Shown here one piece after another: positions 51,352-63,816 of a DNA stretch of 64,000 nucleotides. The DNA is from Alphaproteobacteria bacterium. GTDB taxonomy: Bacteria; Pseudomonadota; Alphaproteobacteria; SHVV01. A model generated the notes under the pieces. That model was not told the origin of the DNA, made no database searches, and saw only the letters and a program-made list of their open reading frames with translations. The translations under genes and the position numbers were made by a program. The stretch spans positions 4,928,001 through 4,992,000 of the forward strand of contig OZ253470.1 in NCBI GenBank assembly GCA_965261735.1. Reading direction: 5' to 3'. Each line of letters begins with the position of its first letter. Positions within the stretch are counted from its first letter, which is position 1.

Positions 51352-52500
51352 TTACGGCCAGGGAATGAGTATGCCGTTGTCGCTCACCTGTACCATCACC
51401 GGCTTATCTCGCGTGATATCGCCAGCGTTGTTCCAGCTTACGACCCCGCTGATCGTCTCCATGTTCCTGACCCCGAGGAACGCATTCTTGAGGTCCTCGC
51501 GTGACAGCGACTTCGCCTCGTTGAGCACCTTGGCGAGGACGAGAATGGCGTCATACGTCGCGGTAACGTAGGCGTCCGGTGCCTCGTTCGGCTTGTTCAT
51601 CGCCGTCTGCCACTTCTTGATCCAGTTCTGCACCTGGGGCCGGGGGTCGGTGGCCGCGTACGTCGAATAGCCGACGGCACCCTTGCCGGTGCCCTCCGAC
51701 AGCTTCCAGAAATCTTCGCCGACCACGGTCGAGCTGCCGTCGACGATCTGTGTTTTCATACCGCGGTCGCGCAGTTGCCTCACGATCTTGCCGCCATCGC
51801 CCGGCTGATGGCTGATGACGACGATATCGGGGTTGGCCTGCCGGATCGCCGCGACCTGGGAGGCGAAGTTGGTCTCGTTCATCCTCGACGACTGCTCGGT
51901 GAGGATCTCGAAGCCCTTTTCCTGCAGGATCCTTTTGGCGATCCTCATGTTGAAAAGCGAGAACTCGTCATCGATCGAGTACGAGATGGCCACCGTCTTG
52001 GCGCCGAAAACCTCCTTCACCTTCGAGTACATCGCCGGTAGCACCTTTTCCGGCATCGGCAGGTAGCGGAAGAAGATGTTGCCGAAATCGGGGAAGGTCC
52101 ATGCCGCGCCCGAAGTCGGCGCGAACACCAACATTGGACAGGTCTTGTTGGCGTCGTAGATCGAGAACAGCATCTTCGATGAGCTGTTGAACAGCAGCAG
52201 CGGGTGGTCCTGGTTGCGACACAGGAGCCGATACTCAGAGATCCACTTCGCGGTGTCGGGTGAGTGAACGTCGACCTTGAAGAACTCGAGCTTCTTGCCC
52301 CTGACGCCGCCGGCCGTGTTCACGTCCGCGGTAGCGGTCACGACGCCGCCGTTGAACAACCGCTCCCCGAAGTCGACGAAGGGGCCGCTCAGGCTGCCCG
52401 CGTAGGGAATACGGATGGTATCTTCGGCCGCATTGGCCGACGGGCCGAACGGCAGCAGCGCCGCCATCGTGACCGCCAGCCCCGCAAACAACTTCCTCAT
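51352..52500 (-). CDS. Periplasmic binding protein type 1 (LivJ/K-like), paralogue 3
   Basis: Shares SGP..FGER, F.KVD, ETNFA.QV, HQPGD.G, METISG and terminal WP with the pair at 32-34 kb. Confidence 0.9.
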   Translation of the reverse strand: MRKLFAGLAVTMAALLPFGPSANAAEDTIRIPYAGSLSGPFVDFGERLFNGGVVTATADVNTAGGVRGKKLEFFKVDVHSPDTAKWISEYRLLCRNQDHPLLLFNSSSKMLFSIYDANKTCPMLVFAPTSGAAWTFPDFGNIFFRYLPMPEKVLPAMYSKVKEVFGAKTVAISYSIDDEFSLFNMRIAKRILQEKGFEILTEQSSRMNETNFASQVAAIRQANPDIVVISHQPGDGGKIVRQLRDRGMKTQIVDGSSTVVGEDFWKLSEGTGKGAVGYSTYAATDPRPQVQNWIKKWQTAMNKPNEAPDAYVTATYDAILVLAKVLNEAKSLSREDLKNAFLGVRNMETISGVVSWNNAGDITRDKPVMVQVSDNGILIPWP

Positions 52501-52664
52501 GACCAAGCCTCCCTCTTTTCGGTCCTAGTCGAACGCCGGTGAGCGACATACTAACGACAAATGCCCGCCCCCGGGCAAGCCCCGAGCGCGGATCAGGCCG
52601 GCGACATCACGCAAACGGGCCGTCCCTCCACTATTGGAGCGACGCGACTCCGCCGCCCTCCGGG

Positions 52665-53267
52665 TCAGGATCGGAAGCGAGTCGCCAGCCGCCACGAGAG
52701 GGGCAACAGGGCTACCCCTAATGCCACCTTCAACGCGTCGCCAAGAAGAAATGGCGTGACGCCGAACTCGATGGCCTTGGCGAAGCCAATCATAATGGAC
52801 AGCCAGGCCACGCCGAGCACGTAGATGACCACGTTTCCGGCCACCATCGCCGCCGCGGTCGACAGCGGCCGGCGGTCCCAGCCGCGCTCGGCCAGGTATC
52901 CGACCGTGACCGCCGCGGCGACAAATCCAACAAGATAGCCGCCGGTCGGGCCGGCCATGTAGGCGAGCCCGATGCCGCGCTCCGGCGTGCCCGCGAATAC
53001 CGGCAGGCCGACCGCGCCCTCGGCGAGGTAAAGGAGCAGCGTGGCGGCGCCGAGGCGCCATCCGTAGGCCATCCCGAGCGCCAAGACGACCAAGGTCTGC
53101 ATAGTCATCGGCACCGGCCGGAACGGCACCTGAACCTTCGCCGATACGGTCAGCAGCAGGGTGCCGAGCAAGGCCAGCACCACGAACCTCAGCGTTCGAC
53201 CGCCCAAGCGCGAGGGCCACAACGCGGCGGCTAGCGTCGGCGCGTTCGCGCTATCGGAAACCGTCAT
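52665..53267 (-). CDS. bioY: Biotin transporter BioY
   Basis: PVPMTMQT, GLPVFAG, GPTGGYLVGF, PFL.GD.LK. Confidence 0.93.
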   Translation of the reverse strand: MTVSDSANAPTLAAALWPSRLGGRTLRFVVLALLGTLLLTVSAKVQVPFRPVPMTMQTLVVLALGMAYGWRLGAATLLLYLAEGAVGLPVFAGTPERGIGLAYMAGPTGGYLVGFVAAAVTVGYLAERGWDRRPLSTAAAMVAGNVVIYVLGVAWLSIMIGFAKAIEFGVTPFLLGDALKVALGVALLPLSWRLATRFRS

Positions 53268-53363
53268 GTCAAGATTTTCCCGAATGAATGTCGGCTGATG
53301 TGAGCGGGCGCGCATCTTGGCAGAAGCCCGCGCCCGAGTCCACGCGCCCCCAAACTAAGAAAG

Positions 53364-53441
53364 TGGGGCGAGTGACGGGTCTTGAACCCGCGACCTCCAG
53401 ATCCACAATCTGGCGCTCTAACCAGCTGAGCTACACCCGCC
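53364..53441 (-). tRNA. tRNA-His (GTG)
   Basis: G-GCGGGTG...CACTCGC-C-CCA acceptor stem, TAGCTCAG D arm, CCAGA-TTGTGGA-TCTGG anticodon arm, GGTTCAA T loop. Confidence 0.97.
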
Positions 53442-53548
53442 ATCTGGGGCGCCACCTCTAGCGCCTACGCGGCGGCGCCGTCAAGCCGGGAGCAGGTGGC
53501 GCCCTCGTTGCCTTTGCCGCGCCTCATTCATAGTGGCATAAGGGTGCG

Positions 53549-54715
53549 ATGCAGACGAGCCGGCGGATGGCGCGCCTTGGTACCGAGAGCGCGTTCGAGA
53601 TTCTAGCGCGTGCCGAGGCGCTCTCGGCGCAGGGCCGTGACATTATCAATCTCGGCATCGGCCAGCCCGACTTCCCGACGCCCGAGCACATCGTCGAGGC
53701 GGGCCGCAAGGCGCTCGCCGACGGCCACCACGGCTACACGCCCGCCGCCGGCATCCTGCCTCTGCGCGAGGGGGTCGCCGCCGACATCAGCGGGCGCCGG
53801 GGGGTTGCCGTCGACCCCGACAACATCGTCATCGTGCCCGGCGCCAAGGTGACCATGTTCTTCGCCATCATGATGTTCGGCGAACCGGGGGCGGAGATCA
53901 TGTACCCCGATCCGGGCTTCCCGATCTACGAATCGGTCATCCGCTTTTCGGGCGCGACGCCGGTGCCGATCCAGCTCCACGAGAGCAACGATTTCTCCTT
54001 CAGCGCCGAGGAGGTGCTCGCTCAGATTACGCCGTCAACCCGGCTAATCATTGTCAACAGCCCCGCCAACCCAACGGGCGGCGCAGTGCCGCGCGATGAG
54101 ATCGAGCGCCTCGTGGACGGTCTCGCCGGCTACCCTGGCGTCGCCATCCTCAGCGACGAGATCTACTCACGCATCCTCTATGACGACCGCGAGCACGTGA
54201 GCATGCTGGCCTTCGAATCGATCCGCGACCGCCTGATTATCCTTGACGGCTGGTCGAAGACCTACGCCATGACCGGGTGGCGTGTCGGCTACGGCGTCTG
54301 GCCCGACAGCATCGTCGAACTCGCCAAACGCTTCGCCATCAATGACCACAGTTGCGTCAACGCGGCTTCGCAATACGCGGCGATCGCCGCCCTCGACGGG
54401 CCGCAGGACTGCGTCGAGGACATGGTGCGAGCCTTCGACGAGCGCCGCGAAGTCATCGTGGCGGCGCTCAACGCCCTTCCCGGCGTGCGCTGCGTACGGC
54501 CCGTCGGCGCCTTCTACGCCTTCGCCAACATCACGGCCACGCGCTACACCTCGCGCGAGCTCGAGACGCGGCTGCTCGAGGAGGCTGGCGTCGCCACGGT
54601 CTCAGGCACCAGCTTCGGCAGCCGCGGCGAAGGCTATTTGCGCTTCTCCTACGCCAACAGCGTCCCGCGCATTCGCGAAGCCATGGACCGCATTCGCACC
54701 AGCCTCGGCAACTAA
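53549..54715 (+). CDS. Class I PLP-dependent (aspartate-type) aminotransferase
   Basis: GIGQPDF, NSPANPTG, SDEIY, SKTYAMTGWR.G, GAFY, LRFSYA. Confidence 0.93.
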   Translation: MQTSRRMARLGTESAFEILARAEALSAQGRDIINLGIGQPDFPTPEHIVEAGRKALADGHHGYTPAAGILPLREGVAADISGRRGVAVDPDNIVIVPGAKVTMFFAIMMFGEPGAEIMYPDPGFPIYESVIRFSGATPVPIQLHESNDFSFSAEEVLAQITPSTRLIIVNSPANPTGGAVPRDEIERLVDGLAGYPGVAILSDEIYSRILYDDREHVSMLAFESIRDRLIILDGWSKTYAMTGWRVGYGVWPDSIVELAKRFAINDHSCVNAASQYAAIAALDGPQDCVEDMVRAFDERREVIVAALNALPGVRCVRPVGAFYAFANITATRYTSRELETRLLEEAGVATVSGTSFGSRGEGYLRFSYANSVPRIREAMDRIRTSLGN

Positions 54716-54733
54716 CGTCGCAACTCGCGTGCG

Positions 54734-54758
54734 GTAGGGGTTTCAAACCCGCCTCTAC
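54734..54758 (-). repeat. Degenerate GTAG-type REP-like palindrome
   Basis: Minus strand GTAGAGGCGGGTTTGAAACCC---CTAC. Confidence 0.5.
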
Positions 54759-54770
54759 CAGTCACACGCC

Positions 54771-54807
54771 TGCCCAAAACTTAGGCAAAGTGCCACAGCT
54801 TTGTGCA
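54771..54807 (+). promoter_or_regulatory. Tandem NtrC-binding sites
   Basis: TGCCCAAAACTTAGGCA (54771-54787) and TGCCACAGCTTTGTGCA (54791-54807) resemble TGCAC-N7-GTGCA and lie about 80-110 bp upstream of the sigma54 box. Confidence 0.75.
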
Positions 54808-54812
54808 GGTGA

Positions 54813-55289
<477 letters not shown>

Positions 55290-55368
55290 ACCTGGCCTGC
55301 CGGAAGTCCCCTGCGGGAACAGGCTAGAGTTTGGATTACCACCAGTTTTGGAAGAGGGAGCACATTCC

Positions 55369-56799
55369 ATGTCACTCGGTTGCAAGACGCCCGAAGACGT
55401 CACCCGCGCGATCAAGGAGCACGACATCAAGATCGTCGACGTTCGCTTCACCGATCTGCCCGGCACCTGGCAGCACTTCTCGGTGCCCGTGAGCACCATC
55501 GACGCCGATACGTTCAGCGAGGGCATCGGTTTCGACGGCTCGTCGATCCGCGGCTTTCAGATGATCCACGAGAGCGACATGCTCGTGATTCCCGACCCGA
55601 CGACCGCGCTCCTCGACCCCTTCACGGCGGTGCCGACCCTCGTCCTCATATGCAACATTCGCGATCCCATCACTGGCGAGTCCTACTCGCGCGACCCGCG
55701 CTACATCGCGCAGAAGGCCGAGACCTACTTACAGAGCACCGGCCTGGCGGATGTGAGCTATTGGGGGCCCGAGGCCGAGTTCTTCGTGTTCGACGACGTT
55801 CGCTACAGCCAGGGCACGAACTTCGCCTTCTACCAGGTCGATTCGTCGGAGGGGAGCTGGAACTCGGGCAAGGAGGAGGAGCCCAACCTCGCCCACAAGC
55901 CGCGCCCCAAGGAGGGCTATTTCCCGGTTCCCCCGACCGATAGCCAGCAGGACCTGCGCACCGAAATGGTGCTGCTGATGGAAGAGGCGGGTATCGAGGT
56001 CGAGGCCCACCACCACGAGGTCGCGACCGGCGGCCAGGCCGAGATCGACGTTCGCTTCGACAGGCTGACGCGCATGGCCGACAAGCTGATGATCTACAAG
56101 TACATCGTCAAGAACGTCGCCAACTCCTACGGCAAGACCGCGACCTTCATGCCAAAGCCGCTATTCGAGGACAATGGCAGCGGCATGCACACCCACCAGA
56201 GCCTGTGGAAGGGCGAAACCAACCTGTTCTACAGCGAGGCCCACTACGCCGGCCTGAGCGAGGCGGCGCGTCACTACATCGGCGGCCTGCTGCGCCACGC
56301 GCCGGCGCTGCTCGCCTTCTGTGCGCCGACGGTGAACTCCTACCGCCGCCTGGTGCCCGGGTTCGAGGCGCCGATCAACCTCGTCTACTCGCAGCGCAAC
56401 CGCTCGGCCTGCTGCCGCATTCCGATGTACTCGCCGAGCCCGCGCGCTAAACGCATCGAGTTCCGCTCGCCCGACCCCTCGTGCAACGGCTATCTCGCCT
56501 TCGCCGCCATGCTGATGGCGGGACTGGACGGGATAGAGAACCGCATCGACCCGGGCGATCCTATCGACAAGGACCTTTACGACCTGCCGCCCGAGGAGGC
56601 GGCCCAAGTGAAGTCGACGCCGGCCTCGCTCGACGAGGCGCTGGATGCACTCGAGGCCGACCACGCCTTCCTGCTCAAGGGCGACGTGTTTACGCCCGAC
56701 GTGATCGAGATGTGGCTCGACTACAAGCGCAAGAACGAGATCGATCCTCTAAGGCTGCGCCCACACCCCTACGAGTTCTTCCTCTACTACGACATGTAG
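55369..56799 (+). CDS. glnA: Glutamine synthetase type I
   Basis: FDGSSI, HHHEVA, TFMPKP, NGSGMH, NRSA, R.EFR.PDP, adenylylation site [10 protein letters not shown]. Confidence 0.97.
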   Translation: MSLGCKTPEDVTRAIKEHDIKIVDVRFTDLPGTWQHFSVPVSTIDADTFSEGIGFDGSSIRGFQMIHESDMLVIPDPTTALLDPFTAVPTLVLICNIRDPITGESYSRDPRYIAQKAETYLQSTGLADVSYWGPEAEFFVFDDVRYSQGTNFAFYQVDSSEGSWNSGKEEEPNLAHKPRPKEGYFPVPPTDSQQDLRTEMVLLMEEAGIEVEAHHHEVATGGQAEIDVRFDRLTRMADKLMIYKYIVKNVANSYGKTATFMPKPLFEDNGSGMHTHQSLWKGETNLFYSEAHYAGLSEAARHYIGGLLRHAPALLAFCAPTVNSYRRLVPGFEAPINLVYSQRNRSACCRIPMYSPSPRAKRIEFRSPDPSCNGYLAFAAMLMAGLDGIENRIDPGDPIDKDLYDLPPEEAAQVKSTPASLDEALDALEADHAFLLKGDVFTPDVIEMWLDYKRKNEIDPLRLRPHPYEFFLYYDM

Positions 56800-56814
56800 G
56801 GGGTGGCAGGGCTC

Positions 56815-57207
56815 TCACGCGTCCACCGCGCGCGGCTGCCCTGCGGCGTCGAGGGCGACGAAGACGAAGGTGCCCTCGGTCACGGTGACCTCCTCGGGAC
56901 CCGTGCGCCGGTGTGCGGTGGCGGTCATGTGCACGCTGATCGAGGTGCGGCCGACCTTGACCACCTCGGCGAAGATGCTGACGAGGTCGCCGACAAAGAT
57001 CGGGCGGTGGAATGCCATCGCATCGATCGCCACCGTCGCCACGCGCCCGCCCGCCCGCTGTAGCGCCACGGCGCCGCCCGCGATGTCCATCTGCGACAGG
57101 ATCCAGCCACCGAAGATGTCGCCGCTGGCATTGGCGTCGGCCGGCATCGGCACCGTGCGGATGGCGGGCTCGCCGCGCTTGATCGGGCTCTCAGGGCGCT
57201 TGGCCAT
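56815..57207 (-). CDS. Acyl-CoA thioesterase (YciA-like hotdog fold)
   Basis: MPADAN..GDIFGGW..SQMD.AG, VGRTSI, FV.VA.D..G.PR. Confidence 0.93.
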   Translation of the reverse strand: MAKRPESPIKRGEPAIRTVPMPADANASGDIFGGWILSQMDIAGGAVALQRAGGRVATVAIDAMAFHRPIFVGDLVSIFAEVVKVGRTSISVHMTATAHRRTGPEEVTVTEGTFVFVALDAAGQPRAVDA

Positions 57208-57301
57208 ATCATTGCACTATATCTTGTTGAGCGAGCTTCGCAGTATACCCTATAGTGAATCCTGGCACCTTTATTTCGCTACCTCCGATCCCATGTAGGC
57301 A

Positions 57302-59269
57302 ATGATGGCGAAGCGGTCCGAGCAACTGGCGTTTGCGGCGGTCGACTATACGGCCGACGACATTGAGGTCCTCGAGGGCCTCGAGCCGGTGCGTCGCCGG
57401 CCCGGGATGTATATCGGCGCCACCGACGAGTACGGGCTCCACCAGCTCGCCGCCGAGGTCCTCGACAACGCAATGGACGAGGCCGTCAACGGCTTCGCCA
57501 GCCGCATCGAGGTCGAGCTCGCGGCCGACGGATGGCTCACGGTGCGCGACAACGGCCGCGGTATCCCCATCGATCCGCACCCAAAATACCGCGACAAGTC
57601 GGCGCTCGAGGTCATCCTGACGACGCTCCACTCGGGCGGCAAGTTCGGCGGCAAGGCCTACCACACCGCGGGTGGCCTGCACGGCGTCGGCCTCTCGGTG
57701 GTGAACGCGCTCTCGGACGCGCTGAGCGTCGAGGTCGCGCGCGACGGCAAGGTATGGCAGCAGAGCTACAGCCGCGGTACCGCCCAGGACGAGCTCGCCG
57801 CGCGGGCACAGCGCAACCGCCGCGGCACCACCATCGCCTTCCACCCCGATCCCGATATATTCGGCGCGGCGGCGCAGTTCCGACCGGCGCGGCTCTATCG
57901 CATGGCGCGTTCCAAGGCCTATCTCTTCAAGGGAGTCGAGATTCGCTGGCGTTGCGCACCCGAGTTGCTCCAGGGCGAGGACGAGGCGCCCGCGGAAGAC
58001 ACGCTGCATTTTCCGGGGGGGCTCGTCGACTTCCTGGCGGCGAGCTTGGCCGACCGCCCGACGCTCACGCGTGCGCCCTTTTCGGGTCGCGCCGACCTGC
58101 CGCGCGGGCGCGGCCACGTCGAATGGGCGGCCGCCTGGCCCGAAGACGGCGAGGGTACGCTTACCTCCTATTGCAACACGGTGCCGACGCCCGACGGCGG
58201 CGGCCATGAAACCGGCCTCAGGGCGGCGCTGACCAAGGGCCTCAAATCGTACGGCGACTTTGCCGGTAATCGGCGGGCTCAAATCGTTGGCGCCGAGGAC
58301 CTGGTCGGCGGCGCCACGATCGTCCTTTCGTTGTTCCTGCGCGATCCGCAATTCCACGGCCAGACCAAGCAGCGGCTCGGTAACGCCGACGCCGCGCGCC
58401 TCGTCGAAGGTGCCCTTCGCGATCATTTCGAGCACTGGCTGAGCGGTGACCCGGAGAGCGCCAACACCCTGCTCGCGCACATGATCGAACGGGCCGAGGA
58501 AAGGGCGCGCCGGCGCGATCAAAAGGAGTTCGCGCGCAGAACGATTGCGCGCAGCCACCGCCTCCCCAGCAAGCTCACCGACTGCAGCGAGACGTCCGCC
58601 GAGGGCACTGAGCTGTTCATCGTCGAGGGCGACTCGGCGGGCGGGTCGGCCAAGCAGGCGCGCGATCGCCGCACCCAGGCGGTGTTGCCCCTGCGCGGAA
58701 AGATACTCAACGTCGCCAGCGCCGCCCAGGCCCGCTTCAGCGGCAACCAGGAGCTCAGAGACCTTGTGCAAGCGCTGGGCTGCGGTGTCGGCGAACGCTA
58801 CCGCGAGCAGGACCTGCGCTATGGCCGGGTCATCATCATGACCGACGCCGACGTCGACGGCGCCCATATCGCTGCCCTGCTAATGACCTTCTTCTACCGC
58901 GAGATGCCGGAACTGATCCGCAATAATCACCTCCATCTCGCGCAACCGCCGCTGTATAGGCTGACGCAGGGGCCGAAATCCGCTTACGCGCGCGACGAGG
59001 CGCATAAAGGAGCGCTGCTGGGCTCGACGTTCGGTGGCTCGGGCAAGGTGGAGATCAGCCGCTTCAAGGGGCTCGGCGAAATGCCGGCGAGCCAGCTCCG
59101 CGAGACGACGATGAGCCCGGCGAGCCGCACCCTGCTGCGGGTCGTGGTGCCCGAAGGGGCGGCACAGCAGACGGCCGGACGCGTCGAAGCGCTGATGGGG
59201 CGCAAGGCCGAGCTGCGGCTCGCCTTCATCCAGGAAAACGCGAGCCGCTTCGTCGACCTCGACATATGA
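57302..59269 (+). CDS. parE: DNA topoisomerase IV subunit B
   Basis: LEGLEPVR.RPGMYIG, DNAMDEA, GQTK.RL, VEGDSAGGSAKQAR, MTDADVDG, RFKGLGEM; GyrB insert absent. Confidence 0.94.
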   Translation: MMAKRSEQLAFAAVDYTADDIEVLEGLEPVRRRPGMYIGATDEYGLHQLAAEVLDNAMDEAVNGFASRIEVELAADGWLTVRDNGRGIPIDPHPKYRDKSALEVILTTLHSGGKFGGKAYHTAGGLHGVGLSVVNALSDALSVEVARDGKVWQQSYSRGTAQDELAARAQRNRRGTTIAFHPDPDIFGAAAQFRPARLYRMARSKAYLFKGVEIRWRCAPELLQGEDEAPAEDTLHFPGGLVDFLAASLADRPTLTRAPFSGRADLPRGRGHVEWAAAWPEDGEGTLTSYCNTVPTPDGGGHETGLRAALTKGLKSYGDFAGNRRAQIVGAEDLVGGATIVLSLFLRDPQFHGQTKQRLGNADAARLVEGALRDHFEHWLSGDPESANTLLAHMIERAEERARRRDQKEFARRTIARSHRLPSKLTDCSETSAEGTELFIVEGDSAGGSAKQARDRRTQAVLPLRGKILNVASAAQARFSGNQELRDLVQALGCGVGERYREQDLRYGRVIIMTDADVDGAHIAALLMTFFYREMPELIRNNHLHLAQPPLYRLTQGPKSAYARDEAHKGALLGSTFGGSGKVEISRFKGLGEMPASQLRETTMSPASRTLLRVVVPEGAAQQTAGRVEALMGRKAELRLAFIQENASRFVDLDI

Positions 59270-59376
59270 GGCGGCGCCCGGCCGATCACGGGATCATCAA
59301 GATCAACGTGACCGGGGCCGTGCGCGCCACTTTCACCGTTGTCCGCCTACCGCGGCAGGCCCATCATTGAGCCAAC

Positions 59377-59956
59377 ATGGCAACGATCGACGCTGTTGCG
59401 CGCGCCATCGGCGGGCGAGCCAAGATCGCCGCTCTCTGCCTGGCCGCCGGGCTCGGCGCCTGCGCGGAGACAGGTGCCGTCAGCTACGGCACAATCACGT
59501 CTCTCTACAGCACCGGCATGGTGGGCTACGCCACGCGAGACGGGAACTTCCGCGTCGCGGTTCTCGGCAACCCGTTTAACGTACCCCAGGCGCAAACGAA
59601 CGCCGCCGTCAAATCGGCGCTCCGGCCCCCTTTCTTCGTAGGTTCGGTGAACGTGAGGGTGCTCGATCCGGCGGCCGCGACGGGCGATTCAAGGCTCGTC
59701 CTGACGTTCAACGCCAAGCCCGGAGTTGCCCCCAAGGCGTGCGAGCTCGATCGCGTTGATGCGGCGGCGGGACGCGCCGAGATCCGCATCGACGCCGCCT
59801 TCTGTGCCGGCACCCGCCTGGTCTCGCGCGCCTACCTACGCGCGTGGGCCCGCCCTCGGCGGCCCCGACGACCCACGTCTTGCGTCCCTGCTCGACGGGC
59901 TCATCGACGTGGTATTCCCCCATGTCAACTACAGGAGCCGCCGGGGCCAGCAGTAG
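59377..59956 (+). pseudogene. Putative lipoprotein A, frameshifted
   Basis: GLGAC lipobox; a CTAC 4-bp tandem duplication at 59832-59839 shifts the frame away from GPALGGPDDPRL.... Confidence 0.65.
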
Positions 59957-60065
59957 CTGCAGGATCCGGCACGGAGAGCCGCCACTTCTATCCTGGCCTG
60001 GAAATACCCATATTCGGGTTATGGGCCAAGGGAACGCCGGCTCGATGCGGGCCGGAACGCGGATA

Positions 60066-60631
60066 ATGAGATACGGAACGCTCCTCGCGCTGGCCGTCGC
60101 GCTGGCCGCTTGCAGTACCGGCATTCGGACCAGCTCGCTGCCCAAACAAAGCGCCCTCTACTCTCCTGAGGAAGTGACCTACGCCACCAGAGACGGGCAT
60201 CTTGCGACCGTCATTCACGGCAACCCGTTCGACATTCCCAAGGCCGCCTCGGACGACGCGGTGATCGCCAGCTTGAGGCTGCCCGGCGGGTTTCCGGACA
60301 CCGAGTTCATTCCCCGACCACCGCAAAGAAAGCCGACCGGGCACCGCCTTGTTCTGGTTTTCAACCCCGTGCCGCCGGGGGCCCCTACGGCGGCAATGCC
60401 TGCCGCGATCTCAGCAACGTACCGGTGGCCGCCGACAAGACACAGACCCGGCTCACCGCCGCTTTCTGCGTGAGCGACCGCATGGCATCGGAAATCCGCT
60501 CCTGGGGTCCGCCCATGGAACCCGGCGGCCCTGTGTTCCGCCAGTTCATGGACCAAACCCTGGCGTCGCTGTTGCCGCAACGGAATATCCACGATCAGCC
60601 GGAGTGCCCGCAGTTCCTGCCTAACTGCTGA
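60066..60631 (+). pseudogene. Putative lipoprotein B (paralogue of A), frameshifted
   Basis: LAAC lipobox; shares YATRDG, GNPF, RLVL.FN and AAFC with A; the frame shifts at the G5/C4 run near 60377-60385. Confidence 0.65.
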
Positions 60632-60772
60632 CGCCCTGCCCTGGGCACGATCGAGGGGCGCCGGCCACCGCGTCTTCGTTGACATGGGCCACCGCCTAAA
60701 GTATTCGGACACGAGGAGGGGTCGCCGCAGGCGCCCCGTGTCCCGCCGCTAGGTCGTGGTCCAACCGTTTTC

Positions 60773-62194
<1,422 letters not shown>

Positions 62195-62485
62195 ACTGGG
62201 CGAGGCCTACGAGGTCGCCGATCAGGCGATCCAGTCGGTGGAGCAGGTGTCGGAGGTGCACTCGATTTCGGGTCAATACGATCTGATGATGAAGTGCTAC
62301 CTCGCGCAGGACACCGACATCGGACATTTCGTGACGGAAAGGATCCAAAGGATCCCGGGAATCAAGGACACCTTCACGATCATCACGTTCAAGGCATTTG
62401 CCTGAACGCCGCGACCCGCAATAGTCTTGACGCCACGCGCCAAGTTTCGCGCGAGGTTGCGGACGTGCCGAGGACAGCGGCCGAC

Positions 62486-63286
62486 ATGCGAGCCCAGCCC
62501 GGCGACCTCCCGCTTGCCGGACAACACGCCATCGTCACGGGCGGCGGCCGCGGCATAGGAGCGGCCATCGCGGCCGAACTCGCTCGCCTCGGCGCGCACC
62601 TTAGCTTGATTGGGCGCGACCGCGGACGGATCGAGGCGCGAGGGGCAGCACTGGCTCGCGATTTCGGGGCCACCGTCACGCCCTTTTCCGCCGACGTCAC
62701 CGACGAGGGAGCGCTGGGTGAGGCGTTCGCCGGGGCCGCACACGCCTCCGGCACCGCGGCGATCCTCGTCAACAACGCAGGCGGGGCGCTGTCCGAGCCG
62801 TTCCTGAAAACCACGCCAGAGCAGTGGCAACGGATGCTCGACGTCAATCTCACCGGGGCGTTCCTGTGCGCCCGTCTGGCGCTCCCGGGCATGATCGCCG
62901 CCGGATACGGCCGCATCGTCAATGTCGCCTCCACCGCCGGCTTGGTGCCCTACCGCTATGCCGCCGCCTATTGTGCCGCCAAGCACGGCCTCATAGGCCT
63001 CACCCGCGCGCTCGCCCTCGAGCTGGCGCGGACCGATATCACCGTCAATGCCGTGTGCCCCGGCTTCACGGATACCGATCTCGTCGCCGAGGCGGTACGT
63101 AACATCGAGACGAAGACGGACCGCACAGCCGATCAGGCGTTGGCCGCGCTGACCGCCACCAATCCGCAGGGCCGCCTGGTGCAGCCCGACGAGGTCGCCC
63201 GCGTGGTCGCGTGGCTGTGCCAACCGGGCACGCAGTCGGTAACGGGCCAGTCCATTCCGGTGGCCGGGGGCGAGGTTATGTCATGA
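62486..63286 (+). CDS. Short-chain dehydrogenase/reductase (3-hydroxyacyl-CoA dehydrogenase-like)
   Basis: TGGGRGIG, NNAG, YCAAK, VCPGFTDT. Confidence 0.92.
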   Translation: MRAQPGDLPLAGQHAIVTGGGRGIGAAIAAELARLGAHLSLIGRDRGRIEARGAALARDFGATVTPFSADVTDEGALGEAFAGAAHASGTAAILVNNAGGALSEPFLKTTPEQWQRMLDVNLTGAFLCARLALPGMIAAGYGRIVNVASTAGLVPYRYAAAYCAAKHGLIGLTRALALELARTDITVNAVCPGFTDTDLVAEAVRNIETKTDRTADQALAALTATNPQGRLVQPDEVARVVAWLCQPGTQSVTGQSIPVAGGEVMS

Positions 63287-63816
63287 CCGAAGGCGCCCTA
63301 TCGCCGCAAGGGCGTAGCGACCTCGAATCCGCCGTCCAGATCGACGACAAACTCGAGCTGCGCGCCTGGATCAGGCTCCTCACCTGCTCGACTCTGATCG
63401 AGCGCGAGGTGCGCGCACGCCTGCGCCGCGAATTCGACACGACACTGCCGCGCTTCGATGTGCTGGCCCAGCTCGACCGGGCGCCTCGGGGCCTCAGCAT
63501 GGGCGAGCTGTCCGACCGTATGATGGTATCGAACGGCAACATAACCGGCCTCGTCGTCAGGCTGGCGCAGGAGGGGCTCGTCACTCGGGCGCCGGCGGCC
63601 GGCGACAGGCGCACGCGCCTGGTCCGCCTCACGGCCAAGGGCAAGCGCGCCTTCGATCGCATGACTCCGGCGAACGAGGCATGGATCGAGGCGATGATGG
63701 AGCAGGTTCCGCACGAGGACATGGCCCGGCTCCTCGCGCTTTTGGCCAAGCTCAAGCGCTCCATCGAGTCCGCCGTGGGTGAGCCTCAAGGGCCGCGTCC
63801 CGATGAAGGGCGCTGA
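63283..63816 (+). CDS. MarR-family transcriptional regulator
   Basis: TLPRFD.LAQL, MVSNGN.TG.V.RL, DRR, LT.KG. Confidence 0.92.
   Translation: MTEGALSPQGRSDLESAVQIDDKLELRAWIRLLTCSTLIEREVRARLRREFDTTLPRFDVLAQLDRAPRGLSMGELSDRMMVSNGNITGLVVRLAQEGLVTRAPAAGDRRTRLVRLTAKGKRAFDRMTPANEAWIEAMMEQVPHEDMARLLALLAKLKRSIESAVGEPQGPRPDEGR

Noticed and set aside
53364-53441. tRNA-His as the integration site of the accessory region
   Set aside because: No integrase and no duplicated tRNA 3' end were found; bioY follows directly.
57262-57280. Sigma54-like TGGCAC upstream of parE
   Set aside because: GG-to-GC spacing is 11 rather than 10.
57209-58867. Long antisense ORF opposite parE and similar shadow ORFs across the window
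   Set aside because: Expected from GC-rich codon bias; no motifs or RBS.
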